Below are positions 49,588 through 64,000 of a stretch of 64,000 nucleotides of DNA, piece after piece. This DNA is from Takakia lepidozioides (Eukaryota; Plantae; Bryophyta): assembly GCA_030704615.1 (NCBI GenBank), contig CM060733.1, positions 22,258,001 to 22,322,000 on the forward strand, read 5' to 3'. The position numbers and the translations under genes were made by a program. The notes below the pieces were generated by a model that was not told the origin of the DNA, ran no database searches, and saw only the letters and a list, made by a program, of their open reading frames with translations. How positions within the stretch are numbered: position 1 is the stretch's first letter; each line of letters begins with the position of its first letter.

Positions 49588-52500
49588 ATGGCGGAAAACC
49601 GAGCGCTACAGTGTACTGCCCTCCTCACGAGCATAGAGCTTCATTTCCGTGCAGAGGGGACACCTGCCGGGTGATGGAGAAATATCTGTGCGTTCGATAC
49701 CACCTGAAACCGGGGTCGGTTTTTTTGGAGGAGGAAAGGAAGGACTCTAACGGCCTTGTTGTCGAGAGTATTGTTGTGCTCCACGATGATTTCGGCGATG
49801 GCAGGGAATGGCGAGTTCCACCATCGGACAGCGTCATATACAGGGCTGTTGGGGACTTCATTTGCCCGCCAAATGCACCTTCTATCCTGGCGCCTTCCAC
49901 GAAACAATCCGCGAATCAGAGAGTGGCTACCTCAAAGAGAGAAGTCCGCAACGAAGTAAATCCAGAGCCGAACCCATCCATGAAGACGAGCGAGAACCGG
50001 GTTGTTCAAACCTGTCCGACTCAGACGAGGTCATGGAAGTTCCGAGGTCGTCCTGGAGATCAGGCAAGTCCTCAATGGACGTCAGTGGAGGAGGGAGTCA
50101 TATTCCCAGCACGAGCACCGCAGTTCGATCTATTCTTGAAATTCTGCGAGGGCTTCACCTGGAGGGACACCGGTCGGAGCTGGCCGGGCTGGACTACAGC
50201 AAGTTCGCAATTAAATCGGTTACATGCCTTCCCGCCGACGTCGACGGTAATATCTTCTTTGAGTTCCCTCCTCGGGCGGACTACTCGAGGGCGTCCGGAA
50301 TGTTGACAGATATGGATAGAAAACATGACGGTCATCCTTGGTGCGTTACCAAAACCACCAGCATGAAGATGCTCGATGGTGTGCGGGTGCGCTACGTTGT
50401 TTGTGCGGGCGCGTTGCGGTGTTTCTCCCCAACTTGCTTCCACTTTAAATCCAGGTCACAGGAACGAGACCGATTGGACAGGCACAGCTCACCAACCATT
50501 TCGAGCTCAGGAGAAGGTTCCGAACTCCACATTTAAGTGTGCGCATTGCAAAGAACCACCACACTGCATGTCTGTTTGTAATGCCAAGCAGTTCTATGTG
50601 TTGCACCGTTTCCCTGACCTCACCCGAGCTTGCATACACGTTGGTTCCCATTGTCACAAATTGGCGAGGGGGAACTCGCGGGAGGCTGCCCACGAAGCAG
50701 AGCAGCTCGTTCAGGAGGAGGTTAAGTTGAGACCGGGTGCCAAACCCAAACAGATACAGCTCCAAGCCGCCCATAAGATGGCATTGGCCAGAATTATGTC
50801 GGAAGACGGCTCCGATAGAGTTCCTCTCGACGAGAAGGAAATGGAGGCATTGCTGGAGTCGGTGTCCCACGTATGTTCACCGAATGTCCGAAACCACATT
50901 GTCTCATGCAAACAGAAAATTGGGCGTGGCTCGGATATGCACTCCATTCTGGAGGTGAAGCGACGATGTGGATATGACTACATTCATGGAAGTAGGTTTC
51001 CAGGACAAGGGACTGAGGCAGATCGTTGTTTCGTATTCAAAATGTCCACGTGTGGACCTGGCAGCGGCGTCGAACTGGTCGACAGGATGACGAGTGGGAA
51101 CTTGTCAAACAGTTGGGTCATGTTCGACCATATCAAGCGAATTACAAATCACCAGTGGGTGACAATGGGTGCACATGTCTACGACACCCACTGCAGGATG
51201 CTAATGACAATTGCTATTTGTGAGATGAAAGGAGAGGACACACAATCGGAGATGCTTCTTTGGCAGGGAATAAACGAACAGATGGCCAAGGCGGGATTGC
51301 CCCCTCCCAATTTCCGTGGTTTCATGGCGGACAACGCACAAGCAAATTGGGCTGCCATCCGAAGGGTGTACGGGCAAGACCCCAATGTTCCCATGGAAGG
51401 CAAGGAGAGATCTTGTGGGTTCCATTTTCTGCAGAGCCTTTCGCAGTACACAACCAGGCTCGTGGCGCCAGATTTCAGAGAGGAGCACCGTTCCATGTGC
51501 CTTGCGTGGAAGCGCGCTCCCACCTTGGATGATGCAGAGACACAGTTTGCATGCATACGGGCTTGGTGGACATCGTCAGGTGCTGTAAGGAAATCAGACG
51601 AAGGAGCAATGGTCAGTTGGCTAGCATGGTGGCATTATCGTTTCCTCCAGTTCGGCGACTATATGCGGGAGGTGAGTTGCACGAATTCGCGTCCCGTTGG
51701 ATATTATTCTTGGCCATATTTGTAACTTGCTTGTAACCTGAACATGTGCTTGTGCAGGAAATGTGTCTCGACTCCGACACCGACATGCCCACGACAAACA
51801 TGGCCGAATCAGTGCACTCTTCCTGGCGTGCCTCCTCTGCGGCGCATCTGGTGGACATCCTCACTGCCACAACGGAGGACATTTGAGGTCAATTATGCAG
51901 CAATGCAGGTACAACGAGTTCTTGAAAGGGAAACAGTGGGGCTTGGGGCCGGACAGGCAGGAAATGCTGATGCGGACTGCCTCCAGATCGAAGAATCCTC
52001 GGAAGTGGGCGGCGGCCTTGCGAGAGGGCCTTCGGGACACGCCATTGCTGCGAAGAGGCCAACATTTGGAAGGAGATGTTCATACCCGTCCAGTGAGACG
52101 AAGACTTGACGAGGCACCTGGCGGAGAAGAGGATTCATGGCGAGCTGACAAGAATATTCGCACGCTCCCTCGTGGTCCGGTGATGTTGCCCGAGGAGGTC
52201 TCGTCGAGCACCGCAAGTCCTGCACGTTCAAGATCGCCATCTCCTTTGCACAGGGCGCGTGCCCCGGCAACATAACGAGCCATCTGTAGTAAAGCAATAC
52301 AACATTCCCATTGTGGAGACAAGAGTGTCGGAGTCACAGTGGAGAATTGCGAGGACATTGCCGGCATTTCGAGGGAAGTGTTGCGCCATCCGGGTGGATA
52401 CGAGAGCACGCTGTGGTGAGATGATTCGGAGGAACCCACACGGTGCTGTACCTGCACCTTGTTTCAGCGGCAGATTTTTGACTCCCACATTTGCTCACGC

Positions 52501-53164
52501 CACAACGCAGACATTTTGGTTCTGTAGGCACGACATAATGACCTGTGTATTTGGCAAGCCCAAGTACGGGATTCAGGGAATGCCGGAGCCTCCGGGAGTT
52601 GCACCGGGTTGCAGCCTCTCTCAGAATGAGGCGGATGCTCTATCTGCAGCAGGATTTCGAATGGTGCAACGCACAGACATCCCGGCCCACGCATTTCCGG
52701 TTCCTCAGACCCAGCCATTGCAGACTGCTCGGTCCAGTAGAGACGGATTGGACAATTCTGCACATCCCACAATGCGATTCGGAAGAGTGAAGAGACGACA
52801 CCCTCCCAACAAGTTGAATGAGACTCGGATTGCCAATGCTCTTGGGATGGCTTGCACTATTCAGAGCTCCGTGGACGTACCCCCACCCGGCCTTGGGCGT
52901 GTGTATCGGATGGCAACGGCCGGCTCGGCTGTACGCGACGATGTATACACAATTACGATTGGAGTGGAGCCGACTTGCAACTGTACGGACTTCTCGTTGA
53001 TGGAAGCAAAGAAGGGTTCGAAGTATTATCCGTGCAAGCATCTGTATTACATTTACCTGAAGAGGTTGAGGATGAACGTGACTATTGATGACTTTATTCA
53101 TGCACCGGCGTTGAGCGTGAACGAGCTGCACAAACTCCTCCTTAGGGATTCCAGAAATCATTGA
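49588..53164 (+). pseudogene. MULE-type transposase of C (frameshifted)
   Basis: KHDGHPWCVTK, VMFDH, FMADNA, SCGFH, TTNMAESVH and CNCTDF...PCKH. Confidence 0.9.
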
Positions 53165-53949
53165 TGGGGCAAACGGAATCCTCCATATGGATATTTTCAA
53201 ATGCATTTTGCTGTATCAGACTTTTTTTTTGCAGTGTAATGAAAATGCACCCCAAAACTCCTGGAATGAGGCAATATTCCATTCAAACTGAGATCCAACA
53301 GAAGCAGTTGTGGGGCCATTTCTGGAAAAATGGCGCCGAATTTCTTTGGGGCCGAAAACTCGCTAAGTCCCAAATGCACTGGTACCTGTGTTTGGGAAAA
53401 TGGCGCCGAATTTCTCTTTTTGGGGCCGAAAACTGGCTAAGTCCCAACATGCACTGGTACCGTGTCTGGAAAAATGGCGCCGAATTTCTCTTTTTGGGCC
53501 GAAACTGGCTAAGTTGCACTGGTTGTCTGGAAAAATGGCGAAAACTGGCTAAGTCCGAACATGCACTGGAAAAATGGCGCCGAATTACCTGTCATGAGGG
53601 GACCTATAGCCGCGGAATTCGGCACCATTTTTCGCCAGAGAGACCTATTGCCGCGAAATACGTCGCCGTTTTTTTCAGGTTACGGACCCTATTACCGCGA
53701 AATTCGGCGCCATATTTGCACATGTCGCTGGGAATTGGCATGAGCGGAAGACGAATATCATGAGCACAACTGTCAAAGTGCAATTTTCCCTTATAATAAT
53801 ATATTTGTTTTTCCTGACACATTGCATTAAATTATTGTTTTTTATTGTTTTTTATTTTCGAAATTTGTACTTCTGCTCATGAAAACCGATTGTGTTACTA
53901 CTCTGCTCATGCCGCTCATGCCGCTCATGCTCATGAAATAGCAAACCTC

Positions 53950-56900
53950 ATGTTGAGGAGTATATGGAAAAGATGGAATTGATGATGAAAAAGCTGGCTG
54001 CAGTACCAGCACCAGGTTACAGAAGACTTGGTTTGTGAGTGGACTAAGACCAGAGTTGCAAAAGAAAGTGGATATGTTACCCATAATACAGTGGAGGAGG
54101 CATTTGAAACTGCAAACAGAATTGAGCAATTGGGAATGCTCAGGAGAGAGAAAAGGATGATGAGGACTCTGAGGATGAGTCAGATGAAGAAGAAGAGCAA
54201 GAACTAAAAAGGAAGAGTAAGAGAAAGGAGAAGTTGAAGAGGGATAACTATGAGAAAAGATTGGAAGAAATCTTGAAGAAGTATGCCACAGAGGCTGCAA
54301 CACATTGGAGGAAGGGTGTATGGTGTGCAAAGTGCCAGAATGAAGGCCATACCACCACAGAATGCCACATGAAGGAGAAACACTGTACTATCTGTAAAAT
54401 GGATAACCATTCTACTGAGAATTGTTACTACAACAGAAGGAGTTGCAAGAGAACCTAGGCAAGTAAGGGTGCATCAGTGCAGCCAAGAAGAAACAATGAT
54501 CAGGACCACTATGGTAGGTCTGGTGGTTATAACAATGGCATGGAAGGGAGAGGTAATTCAAGAGGGAATTACCAAGGAAATTCCAGAGGCAACTATCAGG
54601 GTAATCCAAGGGGGAATTACCAGCCCGGGAATCAGGATTACAGAAATAATCCAAGAACAGACCAAGGGCGAGGACCCAATGGTGAAGAACTATGTTACTA
54701 TTGTAATCAGCCAAGACATCGCAAGGCAGCCTGTTCATTCTGGATTAGACACCAGAATGAGATGAGAGCTCCTGTGAATGAGGGCCCAGTGGTGGCAGCT
54801 CACATGGTTAGGCCATGTGTTGTACCAGAAGTAAGTACAATGATAGTAACAAGAAGTAAAGCCAAACTAATACCTCCAGTAGTAGAGGAAGAAGATGATA
54901 ATGAAGTGGCCCTGAAGATGATGAGGCTTGGAGAGATGAGAAGGAACTGCACAAGGAAGTGGCAGATACCATAAGGGAAATGCAGAAGAGTACTGATATT
55001 CTGTGGCAGATTCCTCTGATTCAGATGGAGAAGAAGAAGTGAGTGAGGATGAAAGGAAGAAAGAAGATGCAGACATGCAAAGTAATGAAGAGACTTTGGC
55101 TGAAGTAATATGCCAGACCAAAGCAGAGATTACCATTGGACAGCTATTGCTGTGGCACCTTATTGTAGGCACAGGCTGTATCAAGCATCAATCAATTGCC
55201 CAGGAGACAGGAACACAGACCTGAACAGCAAGGTGACCAGTTATAATGTGAAGCCGGAAGGGCGAGAAACAGTCATGGACTTTGATGATTCTATGCCAGT
55301 AATCCAATTGAGAATTGGAAGCACAGAACTAACTGATGTACTGATAGATGGAGGTTCTGGAGTAAAATCATGACAGACCAATTAAGGAAGAAGCTTGGTC
55401 TAAGTAACATGAAACCAGCCCCATTTACAGTAACAATGGCAGTGTAGCCATTGGGATTAATAAGAGGAGTTAAGATACAGATACAGAAGATGATCTTTAT
55501 GATCACAGTAACTGTGTTGAAGATGGATGAAGTCATGGAGGCTTACTCCTTATTATTGGGACGTCCGTGGCTGAAACAGGCCAGGGTATTCCATGACTGG
55601 AATTCTCAGTTACTAACCGTGCATAATGGGATACACGAGATACAAATTACCACAAAGAAATCTAGTAGATTACCTGCTACGAGAAGACCTCGAGGAGTCA
55701 GAGAGTATGACTGGAGAGGAGGACTGGATGAGGAGCAGGAAGCTACCCTGTTTGCTGCACACCCAGAGTGGGAGCAGGTTGCAGAGATGCGGCTGGAAGG
55801 CCTAAGTTGTTTAAGGGTATCTGCTGTGGTGTAGTGTCAACAACACCGATTGAAGAGGAAACCAGCACTTACCCATCACATTTCTATGAAGAAAAGAAGG
55901 AGAAATGGAAATCCTAGAGGAACCAGCCACTGTGAGTTTACAGGATGAAGTGGTGACTGGTTGGACAATCACAGCTGATGAGCAAGTGAGGGAAGTGAAT
56001 GTGGGAACTAAAGAGGAACCGAGGATGGTGAAGGTAGGAGCTGATTTGGAGCCAGAATTCTTTGAAGAAGCTAAGAGTTTGTTCATCAAATACAGAGATG
56101 TATTTGCTTGGAGCTATGAGGATTTAAAAGGGATACCACCTGAAATCTGTCAGCATAAGATTGAACTGGAACAGGGTCAGTACCAATCAAGCAGGCAAGG
56201 TACAGAATGAATCCCAACTACGCACAGAAGGTTGGAGAAGAGATCAAGAAGTTGGCTGAGGCTAAGTTTTATACCCAATAGAGTATACAACTTGGTTGTC
56301 CCATTGTGATAGTTCCCAAGAAGAATGGTAAACTAAGAGTTTGTGTGAACTACAAGAAGCTGAATGCTTGTACGAAGAAAGATCCTTTCCCTTTGCCATT
56401 CACAGAAGCAGTATTAGACACTGTGGCAGGCCATGAGATGTACATTCATGGATGGCTTCAGTGGTTATAATCAAGTGCAAGTGGCAGAAAGAGACCAAGG
56501 AAAAAACAGCTTTCATCACAGACTGGGGTGCTTATGCATACAAAGTCATGCCCTTTGGACTTTGTAATGCACCAGCGACCTTTCAGAGAGTGATAAGTGA
56601 ATCTTTTGAGTATCTGGATGATTTCATGCAGGTGTTCTTGGATGATTTCAGTGTGTACAGCTCTAAGAATGAGCACTTGCATAAATTGGAGTTATGTCTG
56701 GCCAGATGCAGGATGAGAGGTCTGGGCCTGAATCCAGAGAAGTGTACTTTCTGTGTGAACTCAGGGGTGCTTCTGGGACACATTGTGTGTAAGAGGGGAC
56801 TTCTTGTGGATCCCAGGAAAACAGAGGCCATTAAAGCCTCTCCACCACCAGTGAATGTTAAGAGTCTAAGGAGATTCCTTGGACAAACCAGCTATTACAG

Positions 56901-58800
56901 AAGATTTGTCAGACGGTATGCACAGATAGCACCATTGAGCAAACTTCTGAAGAAAGATGCAGTGTTTGCATGGACACCTGAATGTCAACAGGCTTTTGAG
57001 GAACTTACATTGTCAGTAACAACTACACCTGTGCTGATTAGTCCTCACTGGCAAGAAAATATTTCATGTTCACTGTGATGCTTCTGGAGAAGCACTAGGA
57101 GCGGTGTTAGCCCAAATGTAACAGGAAGGATAGATTCACCTGTGTACTATGCTAGCCGATTGATGAAATGCCGAAAGAAATTATAGCACAACGGAAAGAG
57201 AAGCATTGGCAATGATCTATGCAGTGAAGAAATTCAGGCATTACCTATTGGGCAAGAAGTTTATGTTCTATGTGGATCACCAGGCTCTGATATACCTGGT
57301 AAACAAACCTTTGATAAGCGGAAGAATAGCAAGATGGTTAATAATCTTGCACGAGTTTGAGTTCGAGGTTGTTTACAAGCCTGGGAGGCTGCATCTTGTG
57401 GCGGATCACTTGTCAAGGTTATCAACAGGAGAACCAGCCACGGGAGTAGATGATCAATTACCAGATGCGAGTCTATTTACAGTGGAGGTGCAGGGAAGTG
57501 CAGATGACTGGTTAGATTGGCAGTGGCCAATCAGATACTACCTTGCTCATGGTCAGTGCCCACCAAGTTATGGAAAGGAGCAGAGAAAGAGAATTGCTAT
57601 CAAGGCTCTACCTTACACTATGGTAGGGAGCAGAATGTATAAGCTAGGACCAGATGGAGTGCTGAAGCGATGCTTATACCACCATGAAGTTAATAAAGTT
57701 TTGGAGGAAGTTCATAAAGGAGTGGCAGGAGGTCATTTTGGAGAAGAGACTACCAGCAGGAAAATACTACATGCAGGTTACTGGTGGCCTACTTTGTTCA
57801 AAGATGTACACAAGTATTGTCAGAGTTGTGATGAATGTCAGAGGCTAGGACCTTTGCAGAGATCTGGGAAAAATGTCTTTGCATCCTACAATGCCTACGG
57901 AACCATTTCAGAAATGGGGACTAGACTTTGTTGGACCAATTAACCCACCAGCCAAGAATACACAGAACAGGTACATAATTACAGCCACTGATTATACTAC
58001 GAAGTGGGTGGAAGCTAAAGCTTTGAGGGACAACACAGCCAAGTCCACAGCAAGGTTTCTGTATGAGAACATACTTACACGATTTGGCTGTCCTTGGAAT
58101 TTATCAGTGATCAAGGAAGTCACTTCATTAATGAGACCATTGAATTGTTGACTAAAGAGTTCATGATTGTGCATAGGAGAGTACAACATATTACCCACAG
58201 GGTAATGGGCAGGCAGAGGCTACCAACAAAATACTATGTACTATCTTGGCTAAGATAGTCAATGCAAACAGAACGGATTGGGATACAAAGCTGCTGACAG
58301 CTTTGTGGTCATACAGGACTTCATATAAAGTCACCACTAAGTATACACCATTCCAATTAGTTTATGGTATGGAAACTTTACTTCCAGTGGAATTCCTGTT
58401 ACCTACCATGAGAACGGAATGGGGAAAGAGAATGGAATTGCAAGATTCCATTAAGGTCAGGAAACATGAATTATACCATGTGGAAGAAGTACGTGCTGAT
58501 GCAGCTGATAATATGACCAGAATTCAGATGAAGAGAAGGAACAGTTTGATGAAGGCAAGTTAAAGACTTTTAAGACGGGAGATTTGGTTCTATGGTTGCA
58601 GAAGAAGGGAAAGATTAAAGCTTCTAAGCTTAAATCACCATGGAAAGGACCTTATGTCATACAAAAGATGTATGATAACAACACCGCCATGTTACAAACC
58701 ATTAACAAAGAGATGCTGGGAAGAGTCAATGCTAACAAGTTGAAGGGGTACAGTGGTATCCATGACAAACCATTGCAGCATAATTTGCATGTTGAAACGC
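53950..58800 (+). pseudogene. gag(3' part)-PR-RT-RH-IN of Gypsy element H
   Basis: Colinear with F. LIDGGSG, MPFGLCNAP, FLDD, HH-CC (HKGVAGGH...CDEC), WGLDFVGP and WKGPY. Many small indels. Confidence 0.92.
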
Positions 58801-58889
58801 AAAAGCAGTCACGGGCTGCGCCAGTTTACCAACGGAGTATGGAGCACTTGTCGCTAGGCCGAGCATATATGACCAGGGCGGGCAGAACA

Positions 58890-59095
58890 AACAACACACA
58901 CAGCCATCACGGACACAGCCTATCACAGCCCATCACGGAGTGACACAGCATATCACAGCCCAGCGCGGCGCAACACAGCCTATCACGACCTACCACAGCG
59001 TGTCACAACCTATCACAACTTACCACAGTGTATCACAGCCTATCACGGCATACCACAGTATGACACAGCCTATCACAGCTTAACACAGCCTACTA
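58890..59095 (+). repeat. CACAGCCTAT-type tandem repeats downstream of integrase
   Basis: Repeated ATCACAGCCT/ACACAGC units resembling those in the LTRs. Confidence 0.75.
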
Positions 59096-59265
59096 GGGAT
59101 ACACAATCCATAGAATCAGTGACAGGTGGACGCAGGATAACTTCAGAGAAATGGCGGCGGAAGAAAGGACGGAAGCCAGTTTACAAAGGGACACGTGGAA
59201 GTCAAGGCGTAACACACAGCTGAGAAGGAAGTGCAAGAACAGATGTCATCAAGAAGGGGACAAGA

Positions 59266-60960
59266 ATGGCCGTCAAATACCTAATCAGTGCGTCAAATTG
59301 GATGAATGGCGGGCCCATTAATGAATACAGAAAAGGGGCAACAGAACAAACGGCAAGCAAGTACAGAAAGCGAAATTCTTGTCACATGTGTTATCCTAGT
59401 GGACAGTCCAGCAGGGAAAGTCCACTAAAGAAAATTAAATCTAAAATCCAGTCACAGCGGTTACAGCCAATAGAAAACCAGAGAAGGGATCAAGAAATTA
59501 GAGGGAAATTAAGCGCAAGAGTCGGCGTCGTTCTGAGTAACGGGCGTCTCGACGGGACAAACCATCAATGCTATAGCTTTGAAGCTATGGAGGAACTAAC
59601 AGACTATACGCTCGCAATATTACTTACGCAATGGCATAGGGACGCAAAACAGAGCGGATCTTTTCTCTTGAGCGATGCTTGCAAGCCCCGCAGACTTACA
59701 AGAAATTACCCATAGCTTTTGTGGCAACCATACGTTTATGCTTTGTGCACTACAGGCATTTCTTCAATTGTTACAGCCAAAACATTTCTGTGGGTCTAGA
59801 ATGAAGAGAGTGAGAGGAATGGAGGAAATCAGGGTGAAGAGCACCACAATCTGCAGCAGAAACAACGATTGCTACCCACAGGCGATATAGATACTGAAGG
59901 AGTTGAGATTGCAAGGATTGCAAAACAAAGATTGGACATTGCACCATAGACAGTACATGTTACAATTCTTGCAGAACTTTGAGCCAAGGACAGGAGCAAC
60001 AACGGTGAAGGAGTTGAATTAGTAATTACTCCCCTATACCTACAGCAATTGTTTCGATTGCCAGCAGGCCAGGTGCATGTGGATGAGCACAGGGCAAGAC
60101 TGCAAATAGGGGACTTATTCCAAGAAGGGAGTTTCTTTAAAACTCAGGGTTATGCTTGTACCAAGGCCATGTACCCAGGGCTAAGGAGGTAGGCCAGGTA
60201 TTGAACGTTCTGTTTGCCATGAAACAGAACCAACAGTATTTGAGCAGATCCTTCACAGAGGAAATACTCAAAGCCCTGAGAGGAGAAGAGGTGGAATGGG
60301 CGGACATAATGTACAATGCACTGGTAGAGGAGATAAAAAGATTACAGGGTACTGCCGCAAAGTCTCCTATCATAGTGTCTGGCCCAATCATTGCTCAAAT
60401 AATTCTTGATTCTGGCATACTTGATGCGCGAGAAAGAAAGGAGATGGGAGTGTTTGAGCCAGAAACCACTGCAATGGAAGACCAAGGCTCTTCACACAGT
60501 GAGGGTGGACTAGCAGGGCAACCCGAGAATAAGAGACAGAGGCGGGGAAAGACTGTAGTGGCGGATCCACTGGCTTCACGGAATCCGCATGATAATGTTT
60601 CCCAAGTTTTTGTGCAGGAAGGGGCACAGCAGCACAGAGAACTGCTATTACTGGAAGCAGGACCTTCAGAGAGGGAAGAGGAAGTTACTTCAATATCACA
60701 GCCATCACAGCTAGAGGATCGGCTTGTCACAAGGTTACCACAAGTTGTCCATGCAATTCAACCAGAAAAAATTGATTTAGAAAAGAAGGGTTAGATATTC
60801 CCACTACAGAATAGGTGGTGGCAGAAATTAAGAAGGGGGACCTTCTACACATCCTGGAGTTGCAACAAACGGTCATGGCCAATAGAAATGAAATCTCGGT
60901 CACTAACAAGGCTTGAAAGGAAGCCAATAATCTGCTTGCTGCTTATGCGAATTTGGTTGA
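59266..60960 (+). pseudogene. 3' extra ORF of Gypsy element H (truncated; end approximate)
   Basis: YTLAILLTQW, FCGNHTFML and AAKSPIIVSGPIIAQIILDS match the ORF of element E. Confidence 0.78.
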
Positions 60961-61650
60961 ACCTCTGTAGTGTGAAAAGAAGGGGCGTGAATCCCCTTCT
61001 GTATAATTCTAATTGTGCTTCCCTCCATTCTAAGCGGAGCAAAAGAAAGAAACGTTCTTCTAATCTGTCCAACTGTCGTCACTTGGCTGTGGGTTTCCCT
61101 CAGGTCCTTCGTGATCAGAGTTCAAGCAATCCTCATCCACGCCGCAGCGGAAGAGAAGACATGGATGGGGAGTCAAATTGTTGTTCACTCTTGGTTCTAC
61201 CTTTTACACAACATCCTCTACCTGCAGGTACAACACCAACTATGCTGCCACGATGTATTCAGTGATGCAATCAGCCCTATGTCAGTGATAAACACTGCCC
61301 TTGTGGGCAGTTCCCTTGGTTTGCAACACGTCGGAAGCCCCTTTTTGTAATGAGATCACGGTCTAGGTGGGTGGGCAGCTCAGATCTGCCATGAACTGCA
61401 GGCCCACTAGTTTGATCATTCAGGGTTCATGTCTTCTTGACCTCGCCTTTCCATTTGTCCATCCCTCATCAACCCTTTCTCCCTTTTCACTTTTTCTTTC
61501 TCTCACACTCTTTTTCCTTCGTGTGTGGATTCCTCACTTTTTCCACAACAGCATGGCTATGATGCAATGCAATGCACATCCAGCCAGGCATCCAGTGCAT
61601 CCATCATTGAAGTCAACCTTGGTCACACAAGACATGATCTGCCCCTCTGT

Positions 61651-61657
<7 letters not shown>

Positions 61658-61695
<38 letters not shown>
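61658..61695. repeat. (CT)n microsatellite
   Basis: About 19 CT units. Confidence 0.95.
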
Positions 61696-61697
<2 letters not shown>

Positions 61698-63213
61698 GTG
61701 ACTGGTCCTTGCACTATCTTTCCCCAAGTGGATCCTATTTGGCCAAGGTGCTTCACAACCCTTCTACAGATCTCAAATCACACACCCTGACAGCTCTCTT
61801 TTTCTCCTCAACTGCAAACATCAGTCATTCACATGTTGAGAACACTTCTAGAAATCAGATCCAAACCCCAAAACAGTATTGACTTTTCTTCCCCATCCAC
61901 GTCATCCCTTCTCAGCTCTTCAAATCCGTTTCTGACTGACCATCCCTGTTTTCCTCTATCCACCAAGCTAGTTTCTACACTGGCTCCACTGTTTTAAACA
62001 TCCAGGGCTGCCTTGTTTTGCTGGCTGAAGACACTGAAAAAAAAGAAAATGAACACAACAACAGCAACCATTCTGACCCTGAGGTGAGATATCCTTGTCC
62101 CCTCTCATTTTCCTAATGACAGTGTAACAACAGGTGCATCCATCTCCACCCTATCCTGGTTTGAATTCCAGTGTCTTCATTCCATTTTCAAAGGCCTTTT
62201 CTACTCCTCACATTTCTGTCCCCTTCAGCAGATACAAGAGACAGTTCCAAAAACTTCACAAAGTCATTCCTAAGTGCCCAAAAAGAGAAGCCCACACTCT
62301 TAGAACTTATCTGTCTTATACTCGTGTGAAGCGGGGTTCTGCCTGCCAAGCTGGCACCTCACCATCGCTGTCATCAGCCATATTCAACGCTTCTCCTCAT
62401 CTTGATTCCAGTTCTCATCATGTCATGACGGCTTGCTTCATCAGCTGGCAACATCCTTGTGCTTGCCAACCTCTACCCTATCCTTCTACATGTGTACTTC
62501 TGCCCTAAGGATGATGTGCTCCTACAGCTCTAAGACAGAAGGCAACTACAAGTCTTAATTACAGATAACTGAGTCGCATCCACACCAGCCTGCACTTCTC
62601 ATTCCCCAACAGCTGTTGCTGCGCTCCATCTCTCATAACTGTACTCTTCAAGACAATGGCGGCAGCGGTAGTGCACCGCTCTTAGCACCTGCTCAGCTTT
62701 CAAAATTGATTATTACCACGCAGAAAGAGGCACCGCTTCTCTTTGCACAAAATGCCAAGCAGATCCCTTAACGTCGCGCTTTAAGGCAAGCTGATTCACA
62801 TGGCGCAGGTGTAAGTTCCCAAGCCAGCCTGCCTGACAACACTACGGCAGCAGCTGTGAAGAGTTGCCCGTCGTCTTCCTCCTCGTTTTCCTCAGCTCGA
62901 GTTTCTAGGTTAAACATACGCGACGAAAATCATTCATTCCAAGGATGAAAAATGCTAAGTCATGGAAGTACCTGTAGGCCTGGGTAATTCCCTCCGACAT
63001 TAGTACCAGGCACTCCTTTTTCACCAATGCCGTAATTTGATGCCAACAAAATTTTCAATGTTACTCCCCTGCATTCACACTACATATGTAGTGTGTCTCC
63101 CCTTTTAAGTGTCAGGGTCCTCACTGACCACCTTCATGGCTGATCACCTATTGGTGGTATGAAGGGTTTTAAATCCCTCCTACTTCTTACCCATTCCTTG
63201 TCTGCTCCATCTC

Positions 63214-64000
63214 TCAACCTGCATCTTCGTGCAGCTTCTCCAGTCTTGTGGTGCTTCCTGCATCCTTGTACCCCAAAAAGTCATAGGGTCCCTCCCATGG
63301 AGATGTCATGGAAGACCGCTTTCCAGGTCTCAACATCATTACCTTGCTGTTCTCCATCAACTTGCAATAGGTATGCCCTGTTTGATGCCTTCTTTCATAA
63401 TCTCTTGCCTGTTGACGCTGCCCTTTCTTCACACTCTTTAGCAGCTTTGCCCTCATCTGGTGAGAAGCTGGATTTTCTGCTGCATCATAAGTGTGACCCC
63501 TGCTACAGATCCATCAAAATTTACTGGTGCTGTAAGAAAATGCAACCTGTTGTCAATTCCCAGCCTTGGAATTCTACCAGTAAGTACCTGAAAAGGTGAG
63601 AATCCAGTTGAAGCATGGACACCCATTCTGTAACCAAACAGGGCTTTATAGAGATTCTGATCCCACTCAGTGTCGTTTTCCAACTCCTAAGGTGGTGATG
63701 CTGTTTGAGAGACTTAATGACCTTTCCACCATACCGTTACACTGAGGCCAGTAGGGGCGCTATGCTCCCTCCTATACCGTATTCGCGGCATGCATCTTCA
63801 AACTCACCTCCCCACTCCGTGCCATTGTCAGTGAGCAACGTATGTGGGCAGCTATACCTGTCAATCACTTCTTCCACTAGAAAGCGGGCAGTAAGTGCTG
63901 CTGTATGATCTGCCACTGGTGCAGCCTCTATCCATTTTGAGAAGTGATATTGCCACTAGAAAGTATTGGTTTCCCCTGGTTATAGGCAATGGTCCTGCCG
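63214..64000 (-). pseudogene. Integrase fragment of another Gypsy-type element
   Basis: LLTDNGTEWGGEF, EWDQNLYKALFGYR...STGFSPFQVLTG and SPWEGPY. Confidence 0.85.

Larger units (their letters stand above)
44337..53949. mobile_element. MULE-like DNA transposon, element C (~9.6 kb), a close relative of B in inverted orientation
   Basis: TIRs GGGGGCTGCTATTTCATGAGC / GCTCATGAAATAGCAAACCTC. Ends and transposase are near-identical to the reverse complement of B. No TSD. Confidence 0.92.

Noticed and set aside
63076-63095. 20-bp perfect palindrome CACACTACATATGTAGTGTG resembling two fused CACTA ends
   Set aside because: A single short instance with no clear TSD or subterminal repeats. It could be chance.
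60960-63200. Possible host gene
   Set aside because: Only short ORFs without recognisable motifs are present. It is more likely the degenerate 3' region of the adjacent Gypsy element.

Overview
The window is a nest of transposable elements from a eukaryote, probably a non-seed land plant (an inference from the element types). No host gene is recognisable. It holds Ty3/Gypsy LTR retrotransposons: several copies of a non-chromoviral family with extra ORFs, plus one chromovirus and its solo LTR. It also holds a CACTA end fragment and three large Mutator(MULE)-like DNA transposons: A 115-13806, B 30388-40667 and C 44337-53949. All three have ~21-bp imperfect TIRs and a Cys/His-rich N-terminal domain + DDE + SWIM transposase. 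The main finding is in element A. Head-to-head with the transposase it carries a spliced gene with a ParB/Srx-like domain (WDGNHRMLAW) fused to a beta-class amino (N4-C/N6-A)-methyltransferase-like domain (SIDMILVDIPD ... VLDVTANTG|ACMWAGRMSNRFVFSFE). The non-coding DNA of these elements, including most introns of that gene, is packed with a palindrome centred on TTCGGCGCCGAA. The divergent element B keeps a remnant of the same gene without either domain. In C the gene is replaced by a palindromic tandem array. All long ORFs have frameshifts or stops, which may be decay or assembly indels. Domain calls come from reading motifs by eye, not from database searches.
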